DNA from: a virus
Length of the DNA stretch: 64,000 bases
Strand: one strand, 5' to 3'
Virus record (IMG/VR): IMGVR_UViG_3300005573_001500
This document shows positions 19,212 through 27,782 of this stretch, piece after piece (position 1 is the first letter of the stretch; every line of letters starts with the position of its first letter). Made by a program: the position numbers and the translations under genes. Under the pieces are notes generated by a model. The model made no database searches. It was not told where the DNA came from and saw only the letters and a program-made list of their open reading frames with translations.

Positions 19212-20383
19212 TACTTAACTATCACGCTCCTATATTCTTCTTTGCTACTGCTTTTGCTTTTTCTATATCCTACTCCGATTAAAACTGCAACAAATACTGC
19301 TAAGCCTCCAAAAAGCCATGTTGTTGTCTTTATATCCCCACTTTCTTCTACGAATATACTTCTAACAGTATCTTTGAATTCTCTAGTAAAAATGTTTAAA
19401 GTGTCTCTAACAATTTTAATGTTTGTGTCTATTTCTTTTATTTTTTCGTAGATTAAACTTGTTTTCTCATTTATATTGCTAACAGTAACATTTGATAGAT
19501 ATGTTAAACCGTCAAATATTTTTTGAAGTTTCGGTATTACAGTGTTGTTAATCATGTCTCTAATCTGTATAACTAATGACAAAAGTGTTTCAAGCATAGA
19601 TTCAATCTTGTTTAACTGTTCTATTTCTGGTCTAGTGAAAGTGAAAACTACAAAAGTTATTCTAACCCAAACATTTGCTGGAATCGTGTACAATGGGTCA
19701 GCTACTATGCTATAGCTTGCATTACTTCCTATTAACAGTCCTATGCTTCCTATTTCTGTAGATTTGAAGTTTATTGTTACAGTATAGTTCGGATAGAAGA
19801 TTTCACCTTTTTCAGTATATCTTGGTCCAGTAATGTCGAATGGTCTGAAAACGAATCTGTCTTCTAGTTTAGTCTGTTCAAATTTTAAGCCTCCGTAAGC
19901 GTCTATGTGTGATGTAAAGTTTGTGTATCTTGGTATTTTGAAGACAACTACTGATGGTAATTCAACTTTTATTGTTTGAAACACTGTTAGCTGGTCTCCT
20001 GCAAAGAATACTGCAAGTTTATACATATTGTCGTAAATGTATGTTATTTTGTATATGTCGTCAATATAGAATGTTTTATCTATGTGTTTGTAATCTTTAT
20101 AACTTGCAGTTAACCTATATTGTCCAGTATAATTAAGCCAGAATCTAGCCCAACCTCCATCAGAAGTATAAGCAACTTTTGATTCTCCAGTTTCTATCCT
20201 TGTAACTATTACTTGAACACCATCTAGAGGAGAAGATGTTAAATTACCATTCGGAAAAGTTTCAACTAAGTCTATGTGAACACGAAGATTCTCTGTTAAC
20301 TGAGCTTTAACTGAGACAATAGGAGTAATGCTGAATATTGAAAAAGTCAATAAGACTATTAAACATATATTTGCTATTTTCAT
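19211..20383 (-). CDS. Type I membrane protein with membrane-proximal coiled coil
   Basis: Signal peptide, carboxypeptidase-regulatory-like Ig domain, 7 sequons, heptad-rich stalk, TM + RKSK. Confidence 0.7.
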   Translation of the reverse strand: MKIANICLIVLLTFSIFSITPIVSVKAQLTENLRVHIDLVETFPNGNLTSSPLDGVQVIVTRIETGESKVAYTSDGGWARFWLNYTGQYRLTASYKDYKHIDKTFYIDDIYKITYIYDNMYKLAVFFAGDQLTVFQTIKVELPSVVVFKIPRYTNFTSHIDAYGGLKFEQTKLEDRFVFRPFDITGPRYTEKGEIFYPNYTVTINFKSTEIGSIGLLIGSNASYSIVADPLYTIPANVWVRITFVVFTFTRPEIEQLNKIESMLETLLSLVIQIRDMINNTVIPKLQKIFDGLTYLSNVTVSNINEKTSLIYEKIKEIDTNIKIVRDTLNIFTREFKDTVRSIFVEESGDIKTTTWLFGGLAVFVAVLIGVGYRKSKSSSKEEYRSVIVK

Positions 20384-20384
20384 T

Positions 20385-20570
20385 CTATGCTACCTCCTTT
20401 TTATTTTTTCTATAATCTAGCACCTTTTCACAAATAAATACAAATGTGCCAAGACTTGTAAAGGCTAAACTTCCGATAATATAGTTCGCATCTCTACTAA
20501 TAAAATACCAAACAAAATGTAATATGCCTAAAATTACCCATCCTACACAGAACCAAAGTATCATTTTCAT
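20385..20570 (-). CDS. Small two-TM membrane protein
   Basis: Two hydrophobic helices, basic tail. Confidence 0.65.
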   Translation of the reverse strand: MKMILWFCVGWVILGILHFVWYFISRDANYIIGSLAFTSLGTFVFICEKVLDYRKNKKEVA

Positions 20571-20571
20571 A

Positions 20572-21030
20572 TTAACATTTCCTCTTTTTCATTCCATCTT
20601 CAACTAACTTTAATCCTACAATGTCACTTACACCAGTAGGTTCAGGAAAAACTATTAAACTTAAACCTATAAAGATTTCTAATGGATATGGTAAACGTGT
20701 TAGTTTAGATGTTAGTGTTTGTTCTGTTGCTTGTAGTTTAAGTGTTGTAATGTTTACGAATTTAACTATTGGATTGTATCGACGTAGACTTGTATGGTAA
20801 AGAAAATAGAAGAAAGCGAAAAGTGGTATAGTTATGACAATAAATGATGAAAACAAACTTCCTTGAAGAAGTACAAAACAGATAAGTATTAAAGTTGCAT
20901 ATTTCAGAGTTGTCTTTATTGTTTCATACTCTGAAGATAAAAAATACTTATAAAAACGGAGAGTTACAAGTAAGATAGCAAAATACGCTAATAACGGAAG
21001 AATTTCACTAAGAAAAGGAAGTTGAAACAT
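20572..21030 (-). CDS. Multi-TM membrane protein
   Basis: 3-4 hydrophobic segments. Confidence 0.65.
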   Translation of the reverse strand: MFQLPFLSEILPLLAYFAILLVTLRFYKYFLSSEYETIKTTLKYATLILICFVLLQGSLFSSFIVITIPLFAFFYFLYHTSLRRYNPIVKFVNITTLKLQATEQTLTSKLTRLPYPLEIFIGLSLIVFPEPTGVSDIVGLKLVEDGMKKRKC

Positions 21031-21049
21031 TATAACTCATTCATGCTAT

Positions 21050-21340
21050 TTACCACTTTAATTGTAATCCTACTATTTTTGTTAATCCAGCATCTTTCAA
21101 CTGTCTTTCCAATTCTGAAGCTAACTGTTTTCCTTCATCTTCTACTTCATCAAATAAGAACTGTTTAGCGTTAAAGCTAACTATAATCAAGCATTTGTTT
21201 CCTTTAGAAAGTTTTACAGTATAGTTTGGTTTGAACCCTTGCGGATACTCTTTTAGTCTTTCAGTTGTTGCTTCTACTTCTAACCCTTTTTCTGAAGCAA
21301 ACGTTTCTATTGCTTTTAAAGGCTTTATCATTCTGACCAT
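21050..21340 (-). CDS. Hypothetical protein
   Basis: 96 aa ORF in operon. Confidence 0.65.
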   Translation of the reverse strand: MVRMIKPLKAIETFASEKGLEVEATTERLKEYPQGFKPNYTVKLSKGNKCLIIVSFNAKQFLFDEVEDEGKQLASELERQLKDAGLTKIVGLQLKW

Positions 21341-21342
21341 TC

Positions 21343-21711
21343 TTAACCGCCTCTTTTATAGTCGATATATGATTTGGCAATACCTATGATAAATGATAAT
21401 ACACCTAAAGCAAAAGCGATTGTGTCTCCTCTAAGTAAAGCTAAAATGGCTCCTGCTAATGCTATTACAGCTAAAAAGATTGTTGTTAGAATAGAAGCTA
21501 TTAGTAGTTCTTTTTTCTCGCTTTTGGGTATTATTGCTCCTATTATTGTAAGCATGAAAATATGGTAGAATGACGCTATGAAAGTGGGAATATTTGTTGC
21601 TTCTCCTACAATAGAGAATGGAACACGTAACCCAATTGTGAATATAGTTATTAGTGACCAAACGATGTACATCATGTTAATGCAATCTACAACTACTTTC
21701 TCATCTCTCAT
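21343..21711 (-). CDS. Four-TM membrane protein
   Basis: Four hydrophobic segments. Confidence 0.65.
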   Translation of the reverse strand: MRDEKVVVDCINMMYIVWSLITIFTIGLRVPFSIVGEATNIPTFIASFYHIFMLTIIGAIIPKSEKKELLIASILTTIFLAVIALAGAILALLRGDTIAFALGVLSFIIGIAKSYIDYKRGG

Positions 21712-21720
21712 ATCTTACAC

Positions 21721-22386
21721 CTATGGTAAAAATAGCCAAATTATGAATGCTAAAACAGCTAATCCGGCAACAGCAATTTTTCTTTTTCTAGTCCAAAAAC
21801 CTTTCTTCTTATATACAGTGAAACCACATTGTGGACAATGAACTTCTACGATTTTCTTATCTTTAGGAACATTTTCAGAAAATATGTTATTGCATGATGG
21901 ACATTTGAAAGTTACTGTTTGCGTAGGAACTGTTGGGGAAATTGTTTGAGTTGTTTCTTGTGGTTTTTCTAATCTACTTTTGAAACCAAGTTTTGGAGGT
22001 TCTTCTTTTGGCAAGTCTGGAAACGGTGGGAATGTTATTTCTTCTTGTTTTGTTTGAGTGATAACTTGTGTTGTTTCTTCTATTTTTGAAGAAGGAGGTT
22101 CTATTGATTTTAATGCTTTTAGTTCTTGTATTGTTGTTTCTATGTTTTCAATTTTCTTTTCTAAAGATTCTATTTTCTGTTTTAAAACTAATGTTGTTAT
22201 TGGTATTTCATCTCCGAATTTTCCAAGTATAAAACTTTCAGATGTTCCATCAGTCATGTAATATACTGACTGACCTATACTACGTAGTTTTCTTACAAAA
22301 TCTATTGCTTCTTGGTCTGTCAAACCTAATTCTTTTATGTTTATTTTACTAAGAGAAGACACAAACACAACTCTCCTTCTTCTCAC
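21721..22386 (-). CDS. Tail-anchored protein with coiled coil, Pro/Thr linker and zinc ribbon
   Basis: CPSC...CPQC; C-terminal TM; upstream AAAAACTTTAAATA promoter. Confidence 0.7.
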   Translation of the reverse strand: MRRRRVVFVSSLSKINIKELGLTDQEAIDFVRKLRSIGQSVYYMTDGTSESFILGKFGDEIPITTLVLKQKIESLEKKIENIETTIQELKALKSIEPPSSKIEETTQVITQTKQEEITFPPFPDLPKEEPPKLGFKSRLEKPQETTQTISPTVPTQTVTFKCPSCNNIFSENVPKDKKIVEVHCPQCGFTVYKKKGFWTRKRKIAVAGLAVLAFIIWLFLP

Positions 22387-22430
22387 TTAAATTTGAACGT
22401 ATCAACTATTTAAAGTTTTTGTCAAATACG

Positions 22431-22619
22431 TTATTCTTCCCATTCTGCTTCAACTGTTTCTTTTTCTTTCTCTAAAGCTTTAACTAATAAATCAAAACAT
22501 GCAAGAATAATCTGATGACACGAAAGATTAGTATTAACTCTTACTAAGAATCTGTCTTTTCGTTTCTTATCAAACCAGAAAGCAATATCTGGTTCATTTA
22601 TCACTTTAGTTTTTGTCAT
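22431..22619 (-). CDS. Small hypothetical protein
   Basis: 62 aa ORF abutting the upstream stop. Confidence 0.55.
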   Translation of the reverse strand: MTKTKVINEPDIAFWFDKKRKDRFLVRVNTNLSCHQIILACFDLLVKALEKEKETVEAEWEE

Positions 22620-22970
22620 CTATTTTCCTTCTAGTGCACTTGATATTTCTTGTACCATTCTATGCCATAATAAGTTAGCTTCTGGGCTTTCGTAAAATGA
22701 AAAGCCTTCTTCTATGATTATTTCTCCTCTCTTTTTTCCTTGTCTTATCACTAAAAAGTTTGTTCTTGTTCTAGACGATAAGTCTTTTTGATACAATTTC
22801 TGTTTTTCGTTATAAGGCGTATTTTTTCCTTTAAGCTCTAATGGTACAGCAATTTGGTTTTTGATAGCTACAAGGTCAAACGGTTTACTTCTTGCACAAT
22901 TGATAACTAAAAATCCATAATTTTCTAATAGATGCTGAATCTTATACTCAAAAGATTGCTCTCTTCTCAT
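22620..22970 (-). CDS. hjc: Archaeal Holliday junction resolvase (Hjc-like PD-(D/E)XK)
   Basis: FEYKIQHLLENYGFLV...SKPFDLVAIK...LELK; ATGA-coupled start at 22970. Confidence 0.75.
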   Translation of the reverse strand: MRREQSFEYKIQHLLENYGFLVINCARSKPFDLVAIKNQIAVPLELKGKNTPYNEKQKLYQKDLSSRTRTNFLVIRQGKKRGEIIIEEGFSFYESPEANLLWHRMVQEISSALEGK

Positions 22971-23221
22971 CCTTTTGTTTCCTCTAGTATTTTTCTTTGA
23001 ATAATATAACGTTTGAAGAACCAAACAACATAGGCTAATCCTAGTCCGTACATTATTATTTCTGTAGATAGTATGTAAATGTTTGGCTCCATTAGTATTG
23101 TACGTCCAAATCTTAAAATGTCTAAGAAAATTATAAACTGATTGAGAACACTAGTAATGATGACACCTATTCCGAAACCGTGAAATACACATCTGAGATA
23201 ATATTTTGTTTTACTTTGCAT
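22967..23221 (-). CDS. Two-TM membrane protein
   Basis: MQSKTKYY start; two hydrophobic helices. Confidence 0.6.
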   Translation of the reverse strand: MQSKTKYYLRCVFHGFGIGVIITSVLNQFIIFLDILRFGRTILMEPNIYILSTEIIMYGLGLAYVVWFFKRYIIQRKILEETKG

Positions 23222-23339
23222 TTTGTTCGTCTCCTTTCTTTTTCTCAATATATTTTAACAGTCTTTTAGCTGAAAACCCACTTATGAACCCCACTGCAAC
23301 TCCTAACAGATTTAGAAAGACAAATTCTAATATACTCAT
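23211..23339 (-). CDS. Single-TM micro-protein, 42 aa; not in ORF track
   Basis: MSILEFVFLNLLGVAVGFISGFSAKRLLKY...; overlaps both neighbours. Confidence 0.55.
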   Translation of the reverse strand: MSILEFVFLNLLGVAVGFISGFSAKRLLKYIEKKKGDEQNAK

Positions 23340-23575
23340 TTCTTTTCGCCTATAATGTTTAATTTTTTAGCACAGTTATAGCAATACCATTTTCTACTTA
23401 CTGAACGAGTTTTATAAGCTTTAGAAAATTTGCTTACCACATAATCTCCAACCTTAAAAGGTTCACCACAATTACTACACTTCTCTTTGTAGCATCCTCT
23501 GCCTTTTAGTCTCTTAGCTAGTACCTCTGTCAATCTGAAGACTCTGTTAATTTTTCCCATATGTTTTGACAGCAA
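23336..23575 (-). CDS. Zinc-finger protein (CxxCG..FKVGD family, copy 1)
   Basis: CSNCGEPFKVGDYVVSK...WYCYNCAKKLNI. Confidence 0.7.
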   Translation of the reverse strand: MLSKHMGKINRVFRLTEVLAKRLKGRGCYKEKCSNCGEPFKVGDYVVSKFSKAYKTRSVSRKWYCYNCAKKLNIIGEKK

Positions 23576-23693
23576 CCTTCTCTAACACTTCAAGCCTATT
23601 CTTTATCGCTTCATACAAATCTTCATAGAACACTAATTGTAGTTCTAAAGGTAGTTTATCTATTCTTTCTTTCAAACTTTTCTCTATTCTCAT
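23547..23693 (-). CDS. Small helical protein, 48 aa; not in ORF track
   Basis: GGAGG RBS; MRIEKSLKERIDKLPLELQLVFYEDL... Confidence 0.6.
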   Translation of the reverse strand: MRIEKSLKERIDKLPLELQLVFYEDLYEAIKNRLEVLEKVAVKTYGKN

Positions 23694-23714
23694 AAAGCCT
23701 CCTCCTTTCGCTTC

Positions 23715-24383
23715 TCAAGTAGCTTCTTCAACATATATAACTATATCAAATGAGAAATTAGTTATTCCAGTTGATACTATACTACTATTAACGTGTAAAC
23801 CAAAAGTTATTAACGTGATATTACCTCTTCTTAAAGCAAGATTGTTATAACTCCAACTAAGCCACATATGTTTACTAGCTTCAGACGGTTTCCAGTTTTC
23901 TGTTTGCATAGAAAGTTTACAATCTTTTTGACCAATATTTTTAATATAAACGTTTCTATAAACTGAAACAACACTAGCTGGAGTTATTTCTCCCCAATCT
24001 ATCTGTGTTAAAGGAACAGAAGCGGCGGGGTCTTCATACACCCCTATCCCAAATTCTCCAGATGGAGGTGCGCCACCTGGAGGGTAAACGATTTTTATTA
24101 TTCCTACATTTCTTAAAACTGTGAAAATGTATTGTGAGAAGTACATCATAGAGATTACGTATATTATAAAAAGTGCGGTTATTATGGAGCCTGCTAGTGG
24201 TTTTTTGACTATTAGTATGTATGTTGCTGTGTAGAATATTAGTGTTGCTCCTATAATTATTAGTTTTGTTTGTTGTGCTATTTCTAGTTTCCAGAATCCA
24301 TAAATGATTAGTATTAACGCTAAGATGTAGATTAGTTTTTGTAGTGGTGTTAGTTTATATTCTTTCTTTTTCTTTTCACTCAT
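23715..24383 (-). CDS. Membrane protein with C-terminal IDWG-type Ig domain
   Basis: 3 TM then IDWGEITP...VYIKNIG...ENWKPSEA...LSWSY...GITNFSFDIVI, a pattern I associate with Bathyarchaeia surface proteins. Confidence 0.65.
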   Translation of the reverse strand: MSEKKKKEYKLTPLQKLIYILALILIIYGFWKLEIAQQTKLIIIGATLIFYTATYILIVKKPLAGSIITALFIIYVISMMYFSQYIFTVLRNVGIIKIVYPPGGAPPSGEFGIGVYEDPAASVPLTQIDWGEITPASVVSVYRNVYIKNIGQKDCKLSMQTENWKPSEASKHMWLSWSYNNLALRRGNITLITFGLHVNSSIVSTGITNFSFDIVIYVEEAT

Positions 24384-24401
24384 TTTTACGAACCCTTTTT
24401 A

Positions 24402-24722
24402 TTATGGCACTTGATATCCTGCTTGGAAGTAGTATGTTCCGTTTGATGGAAAAACATACGTATATGTTGCTATGCCACTAGAATTTGTGTTACTTGTTCC
24501 TAACAAATTACGATTACTTCCTGAATAGTCAGCACAACTGTAGAAATGAATTGTCGCATTATTTTTGGGATTGCCATTTAAATCAGTCAATTTAGCAATT
24601 AAAGTGACATTACCATTATTTACTGTATATGTTAGATTGAGTGTATACCCGACAGTTACTTTAATAACGTTACTCCAGACCCAATAGCTTGCATATATTT
24701 TCAAGTTTTTATCCATTCTCAT
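24402..24722 (-). CDS. Single Ig-like (Big_1-like) domain protein
   Basis: VTLIAKLTDLNGNP...TNSSGIATYTY...GTYYFQA. Confidence 0.6.
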   Translation of the reverse strand: MRMDKNLKIYASYWVWSNVIKVTVGYTLNLTYTVNNGNVTLIAKLTDLNGNPKNNATIHFYSCADYSGSNRNLLGTSNTNSSGIATYTYVFPSNGTYYFQAGYQVP

Positions 24723-24762
24723 AACACCTCCTTATTTTATTCCCTCTATTATTTTATGTTTA

Positions 24763-24984
24763 CTAATCAGAATATTTCATGTAATATTTTCCACAAACTA
24801 TGAGTACTATTCCGATAAGAAACGTTAGAACTGTCAATATCGTTCCTAATGGAACATCTGAAGGAGCAAATGTCGCTGACATAGCTGTGGCAATCCAAAA
24901 AACCATACTAAGAAGTATTAGTATGAATCCGAATATTATTAGAAAAAATCCCGCCAAATATTTCTTTAGCACCATTCTTTTCAC
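24763..24984 (-). CDS. Two-TM membrane protein
   Basis: Hydrophobic hairpin. Confidence 0.6.
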   Translation of the reverse strand: MKRMVLKKYLAGFFLIIFGFILILLSMVFWIATAMSATFAPSDVPLGTILTVLTFLIGIVLIVCGKYYMKYSD

Positions 24985-24986
24985 CT

Positions 24987-25331
24987 CTATTTTAACTCTT
25001 TTTTAATAATCTGATGACAGTAGGGACATTCTATTTCATTTTCATGAATCAAGTGACCACAAACATTACATTTAATGCTTACTTTAAACTGTTCTGTCTT
25101 TACTTTATAATACAAGATAGACTCAAAAACAAAAAGTGTTAACGATAAAATGAAGTTTAGTTTGTTTATCTCGTTAGTAGAGTTCCATGCTTCTATTAGA
25201 GTTTTATTCCAAATAAAGATTTCCCAATAAAATATCCAGTAAGCTGAGTGAATAAACTGAACAATTGCTATTATTAAGATTAGATATAGGACTATTGTTT
25301 CTTTTTTAATATTTGATGACAATTTGGACAC
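24987..25331 (-). CDS. Membrane protein with C-terminal zinc ribbon
   Basis: 2 TM; CNVCGHLIHENEIECPYCHQIIKK. Confidence 0.7.
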   Translation of the reverse strand: MSKLSSNIKKETIVLYLILIIAIVQFIHSAYWIFYWEIFIWNKTLIEAWNSTNEINKLNFILSLTLFVFESILYYKVKTEQFKVSIKCNVCGHLIHENEIECPYCHQIIKKELK

Positions 25332-25501
25332 TCTTCTTCTCCCTCATAAATTTTAGCTCCGCAAACATTACAAATTATAAATTTTTCTCTCTTTATTGTC
25401 TCTCTATTGTGTTTAGAGAATGAACGAACAATAACAACTATTACTGAAACAACATAAATAACCAGAATTATAGTAATTGGAATCCAAACGTCATTACTCA
25501 T
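25292..25501 (-). CDS. Membrane protein with C-terminal zinc ribbon (paralog of 24987..25331)
   Basis: 1 TM; CNVCGAKIYEGEEECPNCHQILKK. Confidence 0.7.
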   Translation of the reverse strand: MSNDVWIPITIILVIYVVSVIVVIVRSFSKHNRETIKREKFIICNVCGAKIYEGEEECPNCHQILKKKQ

Positions 25502-25512
25502 TTGAGAACACT

Positions 25513-25893
25513 CTAGCCAAAATATCTAGAAAGCAAACCACCCTTCTTTATTTTAGCCATCACTAATATTTTTCTCATAGCATATGGAAGACTCTGTGGC
25601 GAACCGCTATAGACTTGTGCTATTTCTCTTGTTTGATTTGTCTTTCCAGAAATGTTTATTCTACCGTTAAAGTTGTATTTGTTTCTTTCTCCTTCGGCTC
25701 TTTCAATTGTTAATTCAGTATCTACTGTTTCATCTTTTGTTTGAGCATGAGTTTTCAAAGTTATAGCCATTCTATCAAACTTGTCTTGAACATTCACTTC
25801 CACATCTGTAGGTTTAACTCCTGTTATTCTTGCAAACTCGTTTATCAACTGTTTCTCTAATTCTTCAGATACAAATGGCATTTTCATATACAC
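25513..25893 (-). CDS. Hypothetical protein
   Basis: GGAGGTG RBS; 126 aa. Confidence 0.65.
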   Translation of the reverse strand: MYMKMPFVSEELEKQLINEFARITGVKPTDVEVNVQDKFDRMAITLKTHAQTKDETVDTELTIERAEGERNKYNFNGRINISGKTNQTREIAQVYSGSPQSLPYAMRKILVMAKIKKGGLLSRYFG

Positions 25894-25900
25894 CTCCTTT

Positions 25901-26074
25901 TTATCCTGTAATCTTTAGAATAATAATATAAGCGATTAGGAACAAAACTAAGATAGCTCCACAGAATAGTAATCTAATTCCTAAACTGATATTCTCAATT
26001 AACATTAAACCTATAACTATTAAGAGATAAGCTATAATAAAAATTAACTTTAAAGGTCTTTTCGGAAAGCTCAT
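25901..26074 (-). CDS. Two-TM micro-protein, 57 aa; not in ORF track
   Basis: MSFPKRPLKLIFIIAYLLIVIGLML...; ATGA-coupled. Confidence 0.6.
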   Translation of the reverse strand: MSFPKRPLKLIFIIAYLLIVIGLMLIENISLGIRLLFCGAILVLFLIAYIIILKITG

Positions 26075-26277
26075 TTGTTTTCCAACCTACATTTTGGACA
26101 TACAAAATAGCCTTTATATCCATGTTTATAGTCTTCAAAATAACCATGTTTTTTACATTTGACTATGTAAATTGGTAGGTAATCTTTCCATCCTTCTTGT
26201 TTTTCCCAACGTAGAAATGCATATCCATTTATCATCAACTGAATTTTTTGCCACAAAGACAGCTTTACGTTACTCAT
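26071..26277 (-). CDS. Small zinc-binding protein
   Basis: CKKHG...CPKC. Confidence 0.65.
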   Translation of the reverse strand: MSNVKLSLWQKIQLMINGYAFLRWEKQEGWKDYLPIYIVKCKKHGYFEDYKHGYKGYFVCPKCRLENK

Positions 26278-26699
26278 CTTATCTCTTCCACCTTGCTGAA
26301 AGGGCTAACTATAATTTCTTGTTCTTGATACTTCTTATAGCATTCTAAATGATAACGTCTTGTTCCTTTTCCTCCTGCTCCAATAGAAACTATTTGGTCT
26401 CCAACCTTAAGTTCTTTGCCGCAATATTGACATCTACGCCTTCGCTTCATTAAAGACCAGAATCTGTTGTTTACTGTGTAAATTTTCATCTTTTTGTTAT
26501 GTTTTAACAGAGGTTTTTGTTCGAGTAACGGTGTAATTTTATATTCAGCAGTTTTAACATGAAACACATGACCACACTTTTGGCATTTTTTACCTTCTAA
26601 AGACCAAGCATCGAACTTAGCAAGCAAATCTGGGTCGTTTATCTGTTTAACTATATTTCCACATTGTTTACATCTAACTATTAAAGGCAAAAAATTCAC
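26274..26699 (-). CDS. Double zinc-finger protein (C-terminal CxxCG..LKVGD family, copy 2)
   Basis: CKQC...CQKC and CQYCGKELKVGDQIVS...YHLEC. Confidence 0.7.
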   Translation of the reverse strand: MNFLPLIVRCKQCGNIVKQINDPDLLAKFDAWSLEGKKCQKCGHVFHVKTAEYKITPLLEQKPLLKHNKKMKIYTVNNRFWSLMKRRRRCQYCGKELKVGDQIVSIGAGGKGTRRYHLECYKKYQEQEIIVSPFSKVEEIR

Positions 26700-27314
26700 C
26701 TACACCATGTTTAAGACTATTGAAGATGCAATTGTTGAAACTATTGCTACTATATAGAATTTTAGAAAACTGTTTAATTCTTCGTCAACAAACAATTTTT
26801 TCAGATGATAAGCAGAATATAGTATTGTTGTTATGATTATTGTTCCAACTATAAAAATGTATCCTATTCCTGTTTCAACGTTTACAAAGAATGCTATATC
26901 TGGATAAAACGAAATTGCTAAAACTAGAACCATTAACATACAAACTTTTATTACATCTTTGAATGTTTTTATTTCTCCTAGTAAATGACCGTAAAAGTAG
27001 TAGATTAAGAATAAGAACACTAGCATGAATACTGCTGGAAATGTTGTTAGAATCATTATTAGTGTTGCTGGTAAGAATAGATGTTCAAGTGTTTCAGCAT
27101 ATAGTAATCCATATATTGATGAGTGTTTAGGGTTTGGTGTTAATACGTCTATTGTGCAGTAGTACATTATTGCTATTGGAAGTAGTATTGGTGTTGCTTC
27201 GTAAAGTTCTAATGTTATGAATGTTAATATTGGAGAAAAGTAAATAGCTAAGATAATAATGTAAACTATTACAAATGCTATGAACAGTTTACGTAAAAGA
27301 TTTTCTAGTTTCAA
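26700..27314 (-). CDS. Polytopic membrane protein
   Basis: About 6 TM segments. Confidence 0.7.
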   Translation of the reverse strand: MKLENLLRKLFIAFVIVYIIILAIYFSPILTFITLELYEATPILLPIAIMYYCTIDVLTPNPKHSSIYGLLYAETLEHLFLPATLIMILTTFPAVFMLVFLFLIYYFYGHLLGEIKTFKDVIKVCMLMVLVLAISFYPDIAFFVNVETGIGYIFIVGTIIITTILYSAYHLKKLFVDEELNSFLKFYIVAIVSTIASSIVLNMV

Positions 27315-27315
27315 G

Positions 27316-27531
27316 TTATTTCACCCAAATATTCAACTTTTTAACGCAATCAAGACAATACCATTTCCTTCTGCAATCTCTTCCTCTAGTTACAGTTGCC
27401 TTACTCAAAACGTAATCTCCAACTTTAAACTTTCTACCACAATTATAGCATCTACTATGAAACTTACCCTTATTCTTCAACGAATTTATCAAATTTTTAG
27501 TAAGTTTAAACAACACACGTGTACTAACCAT
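27316..27531 (-). CDS. Zinc-finger protein (CxxCG..FKVGD family, copy 3)
   Basis: CYNCGRKFKVGDYVLSK...WYCLDCVKKLNI. Confidence 0.7.
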   Translation of the reverse strand: MVSTRVLFKLTKNLINSLKNKGKFHSRCYNCGRKFKVGDYVLSKATVTRGRDCRRKWYCLDCVKKLNIWVK

Positions 27532-27625
27532 TTATATCATCTTTCAGTAGATTGTGAGAATGACAGACACACAGCACTACAGCCGGTAGCTCTTTACCAA
27601 ATCCATATAGCCGTGTGTCTGTCAT
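27524..27625 (-). CDS. Possible 33-aa micro-ORF spanning the hairpin
   Basis: MTDTRLYGFGKELPAVVLCVCHSHNLLKDDING; ATGA-coupled upstream, stop overlaps the next start. Confidence 0.35.
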   Translation of the reverse strand: MTDTRLYGFGKELPAVVLCVCHSHNLLKDDING

Positions 27626-27628
27626 TCT
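27557..27628. repeat. Perfect 16-bp inverted repeat (72-nt hairpin)
   Basis: AGAATGACAGACACAC (27557-27572) and GTGTGTCTGTCATTCT (27613-27628); inner GGTA/TACC mini-stem. Confidence 0.9.
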
Positions 27629-27765
27629 TTCCACCTACTATTATTCATATTATCTATGAACTTTGTTATTGCTCTGTCAAACGCTTCAGCGGCACTCTTA
27701 TAATATTTAAACTCGTTGCGTATTTCTTCTAATTTGTTAATGATTAGTGCTGTGTTGTTTTTCAT
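27622..27765 (-). CDS. Small helical protein, 47 aa; not in ORF track
   Basis: MKNNTALIINKLEEIRNEFKYYKSAAEAFDRAI... Confidence 0.55.
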   Translation of the reverse strand: MKNNTALIINKLEEIRNEFKYYKSAAEAFDRAITKFIDNMNNSRWKE

Positions 27766-27782
27766 TTTAGTTAATGTTTGAA

